A DNA stretch of 64,000 bases, from the NCBI GenBank assembly GCA_951406725.2, contig OX597827.1, positions 84,444,001-84,508,000 on the forward strand, given 5' to 3'. Below, in pieces: positions 12,987 through 25,936 of the stretch (position 1 is the stretch's first letter; each line of letters begins with the position of its first letter). Made by a program: the position numbers and the translations under genes. Origin of the DNA: Octopus vulgaris (Eukaryota). Under the pieces are notes generated by a model that searched no databases, had not been told where the DNA came from, and saw only the letters and a program-made list of their open reading frames with translations.

Positions 12987-12987
<1 letters not shown>
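12747..12987 (+). mobile_element. ORF-less pseudo-LTR-like fragment carrying a hammerhead, between (TA)n and (TTA)n
   Basis: Unique ~240-bp segment bounded by microsatellites; hammerhead followed by AATAAA (12952). Confidence 0.55.
12846..12949 (+). ncRNA. Type I hammerhead ribozyme with intact core and a 65-nt stem II insert
   Basis: CTGACGA (12850-56); stem II GACCCA/TGGGTC (12857-62/12928-33); GAAA (12934-37); stem III CG-ac-CG; GUU, predicted cleavage after 12945; stem I GTTC/GTAC is short with one mismatch. Confidence 0.68.
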
Positions 12988-13052
<65 letters not shown>

Positions 13053-13056
13053 TATA

Positions 13057-13412
13057 CAAGGCGGCGAACTGGCAGGATTGTTAGGACGCTGGGCAAAATA
13101 TTGACAATAATCCTTTCTACTATGAGCACAAGGTTTGAAATTTTGGGGAAGGAGACCAGGATTACATCGACCCCAGTTCTCAGCTGGTACTTATTTTATC
13201 GACCCTGAAAGGATGAAATGCAAAGTCAACCCCGGCAGAATTTGAAAGTAAAGCATTTGCTTAGCAGCATTTCATCCGTCTTTACTTTCTGAGTTCAAAT
13301 TCCGCCGAGGTTGACTTTGCATTTCATCCTTTCAGGGTCGATAAAATAAGTACCAGCTGAGAACTGGGGTCGATGTAATCCTGGTCTCCCCCCCCAAAAA
13401 ATTTTAAACCTT
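13057..13412. mobile_element. Two Meta-domain (OK-like) SINEs, a minus copy nested in a plus copy, forming a hairpin
   Basis: Head ggcggcgaactggcagg..gggcaaaat (13059-13099) resumes at gcttagcagcatttc (13259); domain tttcatcctttcagggtcgataaaataagtaccag present in both orientations. Confidence 0.88.
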
Positions 13413-13719
13413 ATATATATTATCATTATATATATATATATTCATATACACACGCATACACACACATATATGTTGAATATATATTTATTCCTGTGGCTTG
13501 TGTTGTGTTTGTTGCCGTGTGGTGGTGGTTTTGCACGCCGCTGGTGCCAGAAAGTTAACCAAGCCATTCGGGAAGTAGTGAATGATATATAATATCAGTC
13601 TAAAATCTATCTTGGAATCGATTGATGGTAATGCTCTAGCATGGCCACAGTGAACTACTAAAGAAATGACAATGTATGTGTGTCTGTCTGTTATGTTTGT
13701 GTTTATATTGGGCGTCTTT

Positions 13720-14510
13720 TTTTAATGGGAAGTACCTTTACGTGGGGGGTAAAATTTGCAAGATGCCCTTATCAAGGGAGATAACCCATTGACATCAGTT
13801 GACCTGATATGTTTTCTAACTGAAAGGTTAGTTTCTGAGATATTTCAGCAGGAAACCCTGACTCCAGGATCAGTATTAGATTAAAACTATCAGTCCACAT
13901 ATATCCCCTACTCCCCGCCTACATAAGCCCCTCCCCCACCATAATCTGACATCACCCCACACTGCCGTGCTGCATAAATGTCCTGTGCCACAAGTGCAAT
14001 GTTAATGATCTTGAACTATCTACTAATTAGGTTAAATATTTCGAGTTCTGACTTCTTCTAATTAAGATAGCTTCTGTGTGGCTTATTACAGGTGTTGGTG
14101 TCGGTGGTGGGCCGTGAACGGTAGAGCGCCGACCTAAATACCCTACCTTATTATCTGGCGTTTACGTGACGTCAAACTATAGATTTACAATTATGTTTTT
14201 AATAAGTTATTCCTAAATCCATTTTGATGAGGAAATCTGCTGCGAACGGTCCGTGTGTCTGCTTTTTGTTTACTTCCCCCCTTTGTTATGCTATCGTCTG
14301 CTTTTCCGTATGTTGTTGTTTTTTTTGTCATGTTCTTTCTGTCCTAGCCTTGATTTATATTTTGCTAGGCTGGATTCGATCCTGCAGCCTTTACTAGGAA
14401 TGTTTGAAGTCACTGACATTACTGCCTTTTCATTTAGAAATAAAGTTTTCTCGTTCGAATCCAGTAATGTGCTATGTAGTTATTTCTTAAGAAATATTAT
14501 TTAATAAAAG
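13720..14510 (+). mobile_element. Very old PLE 3' end (linker/GIY-YIG remnant plus pseudo-LTR)
   Basis: NLQDALIKG resembles NLRDLLVHS and GNPDSR..KTISPH resembles GHPDSR..RSYTPFGLN of the Neptune copy at 22447; C-rich then T-rich 3' region. Confidence 0.4.
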
Positions 14511-14985
14511 TATTTATTTCTATCACGACTCTTACCAACCTGGCCCACCACTATCCAATCATTCTTCTCCGTTGGTGCAATGACTCAAATTTCGTTTTGT
14601 CCATATTGATGTTGCTGCTATTCTTGTTTGTTCTTGCCTCTGTTGTTGTTGTTGTTGTTATTGTTGATAGTGTTACTGTTTAACTCCATCTCAAACCTGA
14701 CTTAGCAGACCAATGGTCAAAGGTATTCTAACCATGATCATTCTTTGCTTCTCGACATTTGTAGGACTTCATTATCCATTGTGTCCTTCATTTAAAGTGT
14801 GATTTGAGGGAGATTTGGCTATTTTTTCTCAACATTAATCTCATTAATTTCCTTAGTATGAGGTCATGGATGATGTCCCTCCTTCTCAGAATGTAATGAA
14901 TCAAAAGAGAAAGGGTGGCAGCGCGGCACAACCCTTTCCAGGACTCCAGGCAATATATATATATAGTGACCTGGCCCGAATACTG

Positions 14986-15022
<37 letters not shown>

Positions 15023-15765
15023 CATACCCCTAAATGTACCCAAGGATTATGTACTGGTAATCAACCGAGTATCGGATTAAATTACTCAAAGTCTTAAACA
15101 TAAGATTTAAGTAACAACCAATAAAGTTTGTGTGTCTCCTGTGTGACCAACATCTATTTAGTACTGATTGAACTCGTTATCACTACTTTCCGGTGTTTCA
15201 TCAACCATTCTTTAACATCCATTCACTACCTCCAATTATCCCTGCATTAGAAATGGTTCGGTTGTGATAACATTAACCAGATCTGATCAAATCTCTGTAA
15301 ATCCAAGCAAACTCATTCAAATGCAGTTTGGCGTTTCAACCTCAAGTCAATTATTTCGGCGCAAACGGTGTTTTTCGTCGATAGAAGCTTGCTTACAGAG
15401 CTACAGAGCAGTTAATTATAGACGGCTTCCTTCCTTCCTCCTCCTCCTCCTCCTCTTCCTCACCAATAGCTCCGTGTCCAAGTGGACATAAAGAGAACGA
15501 CTTAATTGCTTGCCTTCAGTATCACTTCGCAAAGGAACAAGGGAAAAGGAAAATATCGAGAAATGCACTTAATCGATAAATCAATAAGTCTTTCTGCCTC
15601 ACTGGATATCATTCTCTCTTCCTTACTCTGTCTTTCTCTATTTAACATTTCTCTTCATATCCATCCATCCATCCATCCATCATCCGTCCGTCTATCCATC
15701 CATCCCTCCGTCTGTCTGTCTGTCTATCTATCCATCCGTCTGTCCGTCCGTCCGTCCGTCCGTCC

Positions 15766-15803
<38 letters not shown>

Positions 15804-15850
15804 ATGTCTGTCTGTCTGCCTGCCTCTCTGTCTGTCTGTCTGTCTGTCCG

Positions 15851-15904
<54 letters not shown>

Positions 15905-16808
15905 GATCTTGGGGCGAACCTGGGCGTCGACAAGGAATACCTGACCCGCATGTTCAAGATGACTTTCGGGCCGGGACCTATGGACAACTTCCAGAGATCC
16001 TTGGCCTGGCAGTGCTATCGAGAAGCGCTACCCGTTCGGGATAAGCTCTACAGGCATGGCTCGAGAAACACGGGGCCGACCTATCCGAGATGCAGTCAGA
16101 GCGACGAAACCGTTCTGCACGCTCTCGTATAATGTCCAACCATTTCCGACTTGTGGGCCTATGTCGAACGACTGCTATCGCGTGTGGGACGAGTCAGTTC
16201 AGCAAGCGAATCTATCGTGAATATTGTCGCGCCTCGTTCCTTGAAACGGGAAGGAAGAGCCATTTTTATCGTACTTGTCGCGATGGCAAAAGAATGTGTA
16301 TGGTGGACGCGTCTAAAAGGTCTAGAGACAAACACTTTCCTCTCTGGTGAATCTCTCATCAACTTCTTCAAGTATCACTTGAAGAGGAAGGTGAGAGTAG
16401 AGAAGGAAGTTTTGTCTTGTGAATGTTTCAAAAAAAGATGGATTAATGTAGCAAGGATGGCACGTGTGAATAACGGACCCAGCTTGAGCAGAATCCTATG
16501 AACACAAAAAAAAGGAAAGGAAAAAAGAGACCCACTTACTGTAATGTGTTGTTTTTTTTTTTGTATGATCCTATTGCCCAAGGTTCCCGTGGTCTTTTCC
16601 GTAGGCTTTTCTTTCCACGGATAAACCTAATCTGTTTTCCCTTTTTACATTGATATTTCTGTGATACACGATCTCTAGTGATCGCCTCCCTTTTTTCCAC
16701 GATCCCTTTTGACCGGAATTCGACCCACTTTTAAAAAAATTTTTCTTCTCTTCTTCCCAAAAAGAAAAGTTCTACTTTGTATTTTGTCCCGTGGCCAATA
16801 AAGGAACA
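15905..16808 (+). mobile_element. Tx1-clade LINE 3' end inserted in (TATC)n
   Basis: [57 protein letters not shown]; 3' UTR ending AATAAAGGAAC; (TATC)n on both sides. Confidence 0.88.
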
Positions 16809-16901
<93 letters not shown>

Positions 16902-17159
16902 GTCTGTCTGTCTGTACAAATATAGAGCAGTGCGTGCGTGCATGCATATGTATGTATATATATATGTACACACACACACATATATATATAGCAGTGTGTG
17001 TGTGTGTGTGTGTACATATACATCCAAATACACATAATACATACATACAACCATCATAAACACATTATTATATACAATAGCAAACCGTGAACAAAGATAG
17101 ACAACTATACACGTGTATATCTTTCTATAGTAAATGACCTAGTCATGAGGTACACTGGT

Positions 17160-17205
<46 letters not shown>

Positions 17206-17327
17206 TTTAGTGTATACACATATATTCATACACATACACATAGAAATATGGGCAGAGAACATCGAGAGATAGGCAGGAAATCTGACATACACATGTATAT
17301 ATACTCTTAGGCGAGCGTAAGGAGTAC

Positions 17328-17502
<175 letters not shown>

Positions 17503-17578
17503 TATAAACACATAGATTTCAAATACTAGCTAAATATATAAAGTATCTGTCAGGCAATACAGGTCTGATGATGCCAAT

Positions 17579-17743
<165 letters not shown>

Positions 17744-18154
17744 TAGAGATTTGAAATCCGTCACAATACGATTTTAATAAAACAGTTTTAACACATTCAC
17801 AAACGCATCCATATATACAGACGTCTCACCTTCCTCTCAGTTTTTTTCCCTCTCTCTGTCTCTTTCTCTGATTGTCTTTCCCTCTGTGTGTGTGCGTTCG
17901 TGTGTGTGTAAATATATATGAACTTTAATATTTATATTAAATATCTATGTATGAGTGTATGTATATATGTATACGTGTGTGTGTGTGTGTGAGATATGTC
18001 AGCTAGCGTAAAGGTTGCCGAAAGAAGGCAACTTAATTATATACACACATCACGATTGGAGAGTAGTGGAAGTTTGGTAAGTTTTTCAACGAAGCTGTCG
18101 GATTTATGTCAGTCTTCATACGGACGTCTCACCCAATCGTGTGTGTGTGCGCGC

Positions 18155-18238
<84 letters not shown>

Positions 18239-18389
18239 ATGAATAGATAGATAGATATTGACAAACTACGCATGTGATTATGTATAGATAAACGAAGTTG
18301 TTGTTAAAATAATATACAATGCCATTGCTAGGAAAGACTACCCTCAGATAAATATAAATAATATTTCTTCTCTTCAGTGTGTGTGTGTA

Positions 18390-18815
18390 TATCGACACAA
18401 GAAATAACAATATTGGTGGAACATTCCCATCAAAACTTCCAAGTGATCCGACAGAGTTGTTTGGCACGGGAAATGATAAAACTCTCTCCAGTTTTATTGG
18501 TTTTCTAACCTGAAGACGAGGACATTTCTTTCAAAATCAACGAGAAACCGAATATTTTCAGACCCCGACTTCACAACCTCAGACCTTCTCTATCTTCATA
18601 CTTAGAATATATACACTTTGCTTTATAGCCTGCAATCTTCTATACCCAGGCTACCTATTCACATTTATACCTGTAATTGTTGGTGATGGTAGTAAATGAA
18701 TGGCGATCTCCAGACAAAGAAAGCTAACCGACATTTTACGAATATAATTTGTTGACGAAAGAGAAAAACTGTGAAATTTCAACCTGTAACTTCTTTCTTG
18801 ACTAATGTGCGGAAG
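18390..18815 (+). mobile_element. Possible highly decayed PLE RT N-terminal fragment
   Basis: KLPSDPT, PVIVG and VTSFLTNV echo PLE motifs (KL..DPT, RPIVS, DVTSLYTNI) in the right order; weak. Confidence 0.3.
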
Positions 18816-18949
18816 GGAGGCAGTTAACCCCAGATTCGGTCTGAATGTTTACAAGAGAAGGGACTACATTACAAGCAGCAAAGGACCAGGATTTGGTGTC
18901 AAATGAGGATAGAAATTAAGTTCATCGTATTGTAACAAGATCTGTCTAT

Positions 18950-19120
18950 TCGATGGGCTTCTACCCAGTTTCTGTTTTCCAATTTCACTCACAAAGTTTT
19001 GTTGCTTCGGGTCTTTATTTAGACATTTTTTCAGCCGAGGCGTGGCTGAATGGAATCGAAAACCAAAACGTTGCCAACCGGATTTCTTAATTACACAATC
19101 AAAACTTCGCCTATGGCCTC
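18950..19120 (-). mobile_element. Old CORE-type SINE 5' half
   Basis: cgatgggcttctacccagtttctg..cactcacaaagttttg..ggaatcgaaaaccaaaac matches the reverse of the OR-like head. Confidence 0.65.
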
Positions 19121-19579
19121 GACACATTTCAAAATAAAATCTTTGGAAAGAACTAGTTCCCGAACACCAGCAACCATATACTTGATCTAATTTAACACTA
19201 CCCTACTTTAAACATTTACATATATAAGGTTAACTTAATATAGTTTCGCCCACGTTTTCGAAGTTGACCACAATATTTTATGTCACAAATTTGAACGAAT
19301 AGGAACCGTGAATACTTAGTCCTCATATTTTAGATGGAAACGGCTAACGGTGTTTGCCTGCATTAATAACCGGAGTATTTTTTATACGTCACCACTCTAA
19401 TACTATCGTCTGGGTTGTGATTAAATCTAGTGGTGTCCACTGTGTGACAAGCATTGAGGTTAAGTCTTTAGGTTGAAGACAAAGTTCCACCCTTCCTCCC
19501 ATCAGTTTGAGACATCCTATAAAATGTGTTTGGTGCTACCTTTATCATAACGCGCGCACACACACACACGTATATATAA

Positions 19580-20160
19580 GAAATGCCAAGTATTGCTCCT
19601 TGAATCACTTTTTGATCAAACGCCCAATGGCAATGGTAGAAGGTCTATACAAGGGGTAGTATGACAAGGTCCTTACGGAGATTGCCAAGTGGACAAACTT
19701 ACAGAGATGTGAAGGGCAACGAGAAGAAGGCATCCACCATCTAAAGATATGAGATTACTAAGAAGAGATGGTAAGGTTCCTAAAGCCAAAGAAATTGATG
19801 GATCTGAAGAGTAGACTCTTCTTTGCAGGAGAAGCGGCAGGAACATCGTTTGGACCAAACATGGGCCTTCTATCCAAGAACATGAAAGCAATAATTGTAG
19901 TTGGACTTACAGTATCCCAGGAGGACAATCTTAACATTTCTTACCAACGCAAGAAAGTCAAGTATCAGAACTTGGTTCATGATGCTCTAATCGAAAGTTG
20001 ACTTGCAACTTCATTCGCCATTATGATGTCAGCGGACGTGGTTTTTTGGCAGCAAATTTCGTCTGCTATTTCTTACAAAAGATCGGTTTGGAAACGAAAA
20101 TAAATGAAGAAAGCTGCTAAAGAAACTACCACGGCAGTTGAATTAAGTAGTTGTGGATGA
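19580..20160 (+). mobile_element. HERO-clade RLE non-LTR retrotransposon C-terminal fragment
   Basis: HFLIKRPMAMVEGLYKG*YDKVLTEIA (cf. HILS.CP.AL..GRY.WRHD.VL) and DLKSRLFF..IIVVGLTVSQEDNL..RKKVKYQNL..RGF (cf. ELTVPWE..RK..KY..L..GRGF). Confidence 0.7.
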
Positions 20161-20368
20161 GAGGGGGAGGAGACGGGGGGGTGATTCAGCAGACGAAGAC
20201 TAACTCAGCCTTCATTGCCCGACTCATGCGCAGCGTAGAGGCACGGAACGCCCCCTTGATCCTTAAATACCAACTGAAAATAAAGAAAGGTTCCCAGTAG
20301 TGCGATAGTTCTAGAAAAAGAACTTGAAACATTTTTCATTCACTCCAACAGTTTCTGCTGGGGGTAAA

Positions 20369-20407
<39 letters not shown>

Positions 20408-20648
20408 TCAAATAAAGGTTGCAAACCTCATTAAGGAATAATAAAATCCAATGAATATACTGGTTTATTACCTATTACAAGAAGTATTGAATATTACAAT
20501 TAATATTCAACTGTAAGGTAACTGGATAAACCAGGGTTCATATATATATTTTTAAGAAAATAGAGATAATTAAATTAATGAGATGATGTCCAATTTCATA
20601 ATTAATAATTAATTATGAATTTAATTATCTCTCTACTTTCTTTTATTC

Positions 20649-20757
<109 letters not shown>

Positions 20758-20829
20758 TACATACGTACCTCATGTGTACGTACGTATACATTGTGCGTTT
20801 ATATGCATGCATGGATGCGTTACACCGGA

Positions 20830-20942
20830 CATTTCATCCTTTCGGGGTCGATAAATTAAGTACCAGTTGCGTACTAGGGTCAATCTAATCGACTGGCCCC
20901 TCCTCCAAAATTTCGGGCCTTGTGCCTAGAGTAGAAGAGAAT
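20830..20942 (+). mobile_element. Meta-domain SINE 3' part
   Basis: tttcatcctttcggggtcgataaattaagtaccagttgcgtactagggtc..aaaatttcgggccttgtgcctagagtagaa. Confidence 0.85.
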
Positions 20943-21526
20943 GTTGTGTGCGTGTATTGTTTCGTTGTTGACAGGATGAACAATAAAAGACTCCATCCAG
21001 CGATGGCATACTCACAGTATTTATATGTGAGTGATTATAAGTTTCGTACTCTGATTGTACAATAGTCAGACGAGCTTGTAAAGCTTGCTGTGTACCGATT
21101 TTGCAATCATATAGGCCCAATTATTCTGAACCGGAATGAGTGCTGGATAGTACATGACGCGCTGTCTAAGCTTGTCCGACTATTGTAATATCTGAGTATG
21201 AAACTTATTGTAGCTCACATCTAATCTTATATTCATTAAACGATATATATTTTGTATTATGCTCCACTGATTTTTCCCAGTGCGCACACCCGCATCATTA
21301 TCTCGAAATATTCAAATCTGTTACAATAGTTTGTTTAGTTTCACCACTTTCGCTCACTCTGACCATTTTATGACACTCCCCACGATAATGACGCTGAAAT
21401 GTAGCGCTTTCATCGCCCTTCTCTTTTCATTATGCTGTTCCTTCGTTAATCTTCCTTCGATAAAGAATTCAGTTAGCATTACGATATTACTTCTTTGTTC
21501 TCCCACCGATATTACATCGCTATTGA

Positions 21527-21609
<83 letters not shown>

Positions 21610-22446
21610 GAAGAGAAATTACAACAACAACAACACGCTTTCTTATTAGCATTAAATTTAGCGGAGTGTGTGAGTTATGTTCCCTTGAACAGATCGAACT
21701 CAGCAAAGCAATTGATTAGCTTCCCCTCATATAACTTCCCCTCCCCTATTGAATTTTTCAATAAATACAAAATGGCCTTTTGGGGTTCTATCAGATAAAT
21801 ATGATATGAGGGGGAAAATGGGGATACATAGATGGCGCTGGTGAGTGGATGTTATTATAAAGGTGTCTCTGGCTATTTACATATCTAAAGGTATTGCTTT
21901 ATCATCTGATATCGTGATGACGATGACGATGGTGGTGTTAATGGCAATCATAAAGGCGGTGATTACGATATAGAGAAGGCAGGATCCATGGTGGTGATGA
22001 TAAGAGATAATCATCGTTATATTATATCGTTCTCCTCCTCTGTCCTCTCCTCTCACTTCTTCTCATCCTCCTACTCCGTACCACACAAACAAGAATCCAA
22101 CACAAAAGATAGAAACCATCGCTTTGTTAAAGATGTGAAGTTGGTCACAAGACATTGATGAATATTTCCAAAGTTTTTAACCTAGAAAAAGTGTGGTTGA
22201 AGGTGTTTTGATATTCATTCCTTTCCCACGAATACGAATGGTGTTAGTCAAGGGATCTTCAACAGAGGATCGGGACCTCATCGCAACGTTGACTTTTCGT
22301 CATCTTCCCGCTGGTTCGTGTGAGAAATGTCCTAAACATCTGCCAATGATAACACAGTGTATATAAATGCCATCAATTCCACTGTATCTTATATAAAAGA
22401 GAATAAAGATGATTGTGTGAGTGCAGATATATATATACATATATAT

Positions 22447-24425
22447 GAGGACTGCTTCACTGGCCTGGGCCGCCGACCATCCCCGTGGACGCCTGCCCCT
22501 GGCCAGATCCTAGCAGTGGATCTTTTCGCGGGCGCTTGTCAGCGTGCATTGGAGCGGTTCAACTTCTCCAGGCGCCAACGCCACCTCAACATCTCCCCGG
22601 CTGAGCTCTTGGCTCTTCGTTCCCTCCAACGGCGCGCTGACATTATCATCAAACCGGCTGACAAGGGTGGAGCTGTAGTGGTGTGGCGCGCGGACCTCTA
22701 TAGGGCCGAGGCTTTCCGCCAACTCAATGACACCTCCTTCTATTCCCCTCTGCCCTCTAACCCTACACGTAGCTACCAACAGACGGTATCCTCTACTGTC
22801 CACGACCTCATCTCGTCCTCCCGTCTCCCCCGCACCGCATCCAACCTAATTGTGCGAACCCCACGTACCCCCACCATTTACTTCCTCCCCAAAATCCACA
22901 AACCCAACAACCCTGGCCGCCCCATCGTCTCCGCCTGTAACTGCCCCACGGAGCTCATCTCTAAATACCTCGACCGTGTCCTTGCCCCCTAGTGGCATCT
23001 CTTCCCTCCCACATCCACGATACCAACCATGCTCTCCGGCTTTTCAACTCTTTCTCCTTTCCTCCCGGCTCCTCCAAAATCCTTTTTACTATGGACATCC
23101 AAAGCCTCTATACTGTTATCCCTCACCACGAAGGACTGCAGGCCCTTCGACACTTTCTTGACCTCCGCTCTAACCCTGTACCTGACACCTCCACACTCAT
23201 TCGTCTGGCCGAACTTGTCCTTACTCTGAACTGCTTCTCGTTCGCGGGCGAGTTCTACCATCAGGTCTCGGGAGTGGCCATGGGAACGCGAATGGGCCCC
23301 AACTATGCGAACCTGTTCGTTGGCTATGTTGAGGCCCAAATATTCTCTAATTTCACTGGTCCCACTCCTGAACTATATGGTCGTTACATCGACGACATTA
23401 TCGGTGCCACCTCACTCTCCCGCGAACATCTAGATTCCTTCCTCTCTTTCGTCCAATCTTTCCATCCAGCCCTCCACTTCACTTCCACTATCTCCAACAC
23501 CTCTGTCTCCTTCCTCGACATTTCGGTTAGCATTCTTCACTCCACTCTTACCACCTCCATTCACTACAAACACACAGACTCACATCTCATACCTCAACTT
23601 CTCTTCCTCCCACCCAGAACACACCAAGCTTTCCATCCCCTATTCCCAATTCCTCCGTCTACGTAGGCTCTGTAGTGACGACCATGACTTTGAGACTCAG
23701 TCTCAACGTATGGCTCACCACTTCATCCTACGTGGATACCCCCTCACCACTATCCACACCGCCCTTGCCAGAGCACGGTCCGTGGACCGTGTATCTGCTC
23801 TCTCTCCCCGAACCCGCCCTGTAGTCTCCCGCCTCCCTTTTCCCCTCACTTACCACCCCACGACCCTATGTCTCCAACGCACCATTCTTCGAGCTTTCCG
23901 TCATCTCCAGTCCGACCCGTCCACTTCACACCTCTTCCCTAACCGACCCCTCCCCTCTTTCAAACGAGCCCACAACCTTCGAGACCTTTTGGTCCATAGC
24001 TCCTTCCCTGACCCTACCTCCCAACCCGGCTCGTTCCCCTGCTCCCACCCACGTTGCCGCACTTGACCCTACCTCTCCAACACCACCCGCCTCACTAGCA
24101 CCCACCATCGACCCTATCCCATCATCCACTCCTTCACCTGCACCTCCAGCAATATTATCTATTGCATCTCTTGCTCTCTCTGCAATTCCTTGTACATCGG
24201 ACAAACGGGACGCCGCTTGGCTGACCGGTTCGCGGAACACCTTCGTGACATCCACCTTGCGAACGACACACCGGTCTCACGGCATTTCCGCTCCACCGGT
24301 CACTCCTTGCAACACCTATCTGTGTTCGGTTTGTCCTTACACAGAGGCCATCCGGATTCCCGTTTGCGCCGTGAACAGGAATTAATCTTCTCTCTTCGCT
24401 CTTATACGCCATTTGGTCTCAACTC
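22447..24425 (+). pseudogene. Disabled PLE RT-GIY-YIG ORF
   Basis: Continuous homology across track ORFs 22357, 22992, 23710, 24190; frameshifts near 22990 and 23585 and an in-frame TGA at 24064. Confidence 0.9.
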
Positions 24426-25291
24426 TCCCCCCTCCTCATCTAACCCCCCTCCCCCCCCTCCTCACCTATCCTTTCCCCCCGACCCCTACTTCTTCAGTCC
24501 TTCATCCTTTCACCCCTACTCCCCTTCCCTTCTTCCCTCTTTCTCCCTCCCTCCTTCCCTCTTCCCCTTCCCTCTGCTCCCTCACTCCCTCACTCCCCTC
24601 TCTCTCCCCCTCCCCCTCTTTCCTCCTTCCTCCCCCCTCCTCCCCTTCCTTCTCCCCCTCCTCTCTCTCCCTCCTCCTCTCCTCTTCCCCCCTCTCCTCC
24701 CCCTCTTCTTCCCATCCCCTTCTCTCCCCCCTCTTCTCCCCTCCCCCTCTTCTCCTCACTACACCACACGACTTTACACATCACATCATATATGATGTGC
24801 CATACTAATACATACACCAACTAATACGTACCAATACATACTAATACATACTAATACATACACACGTCCAGACCCCTCATACGCACTTATACTCTCTCAT
24901 ACACACACACACACACTTATACATACTAATACGTACTAATACATACTAATACATACTAATACATACACCAACCCCATACTTACGCACGTCCAGACCAATC
25001 CTACGCACTAATACTCTCTCATACACACACACACACACACACCCTTATACATACTAATACATACACCAACCCTATACATAAACACGTCCAGACCCCTCCT
25101 ACGCACTATTAGCTGGTCCTTCAACCCTATTATCAACCCTATTATCAACCCTATTATCTCCCCTTATTTCGCTCTCGCGTCTCATGTTTGATCTTTGACC
25201 TCTGGCCGAAATCAGATCGCCATGTTGATTCGTTAGCTACTGCACGCATTTTTTTCTCTCCTTCTTTCTCTGTTTTTTTTCTCTCTGTGTA

Positions 25292-25329
25292 TCTTTCTGT
25301 TGAAGAGCGTAGGCTCGAAACGTTAAAGA
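25292..25329 (+). ncRNA. Minimal hammerhead ribozyme in the Neptune pseudo-LTR
   Basis: Stem I TCTTT/AAAGA; core CTGTTGA (U at position 6); extra A; stem II GAGC-gtag-GCTC; GAAA; stem III reduced to palindromic AACGTT; predicted cleavage after 25324. Confidence 0.8.
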
Positions 25330-25449
25330 CTTGTTTTATTTATATTTCCTGAGCGCCATACTAATACAATTGTTCGTTTGTTTTCCACCTGCCTTCGTCT
25401 TTTGTCTATTTTCATAAAGCTTCCCGTTATATATATATATATATATATA

Positions 25450-25836
25450 GGCACAGGAATGACTGTGTGGTAAGTAGCTTGCTTACTAATCATATGGTTC
25501 CGGGTTCAGTCCCACTGCGTGGCACCTGGGACAATTTTCTTTCACTATAGCCTCAGGCCGACCAAAGACTTGTGAGTGCATTTGGTAAATGGAAACTGAG
25601 AGAAGCCCGTCGCACATATATATATATGTATGTATGTGTTTGTGTAACTGTGTTTGTACTCCAGCCATCGCTTGACAACCGATGTTGGTTTGTTTATGTC
25701 CCCGTAACATTAGCGGTTCGGCAAAAGAAGCCGATAGAATAAGTACTAGGCTTACGAAAAATAAGTCCTGGGGTTGATTTTTTCGGCCAAAGACGATGCT
25801 CCCACATGAACGCAGTCAAATGACTGAAACAAATAA
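25450..25836 (+). mobile_element. CORE-type SINE (OR1/OR2-like), near full length
   Basis: ggcacaggaatgactgtgtggtaag (A box), gggttcagtccc (B box), gcacctgggacaatt (CORE), tail gatgctcccacatgaacgcagtcaaatgactgaaac. Confidence 0.9.
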
Positions 25837-25847
25837 ATGTAGTATAA

Positions 25848-25878
<31 letters not shown>

Positions 25879-25879
25879 A

Positions 25880-25931
<52 letters not shown>

Positions 25932-25936
<5 letters not shown>

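Larger units (their letters stand above)
22447..25428 (+). mobile_element. Penelope-like retroelement, Neptune-type (RT + Cys-rich linker + GIY-YIG), 5'-truncated, with 3' pseudo-LTR
   Basis: IIKPADKGGAVVVW, LPKIHKP..GRPIVS, MDIQSLYTVIPH, GVAMGTRMGPNYANLF, RYIDD, SFLDI, CSHPRCRT*, NIIYCISC..C..LYIGQTGRRLADRFAEH, REQELI..GLN; begins and ends in (TA)n. Confidence 0.95.

Noticed and set aside
22200-22400. Possible minus-strand exon upstream of the Neptune element
   Set aside because: Stops in all three frames after the candidate acceptor and no recognisable homology.
24064-24066. In-frame TGA at a conserved Cys of the PLE linker, as possible selenocysteine
   Set aside because: One TGC/TGT>TGA change explains it, the ORF also has two frameshifts, and no SECIS was recognised.
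24430-24795. Pro/Leu/Ser-rich extension of ORF 24190-24795 and Glu/Gly/Arg-rich antisense ORFs
   Set aside because: Read-through into the low-complexity C/T tract of the PLE 3' UTR.
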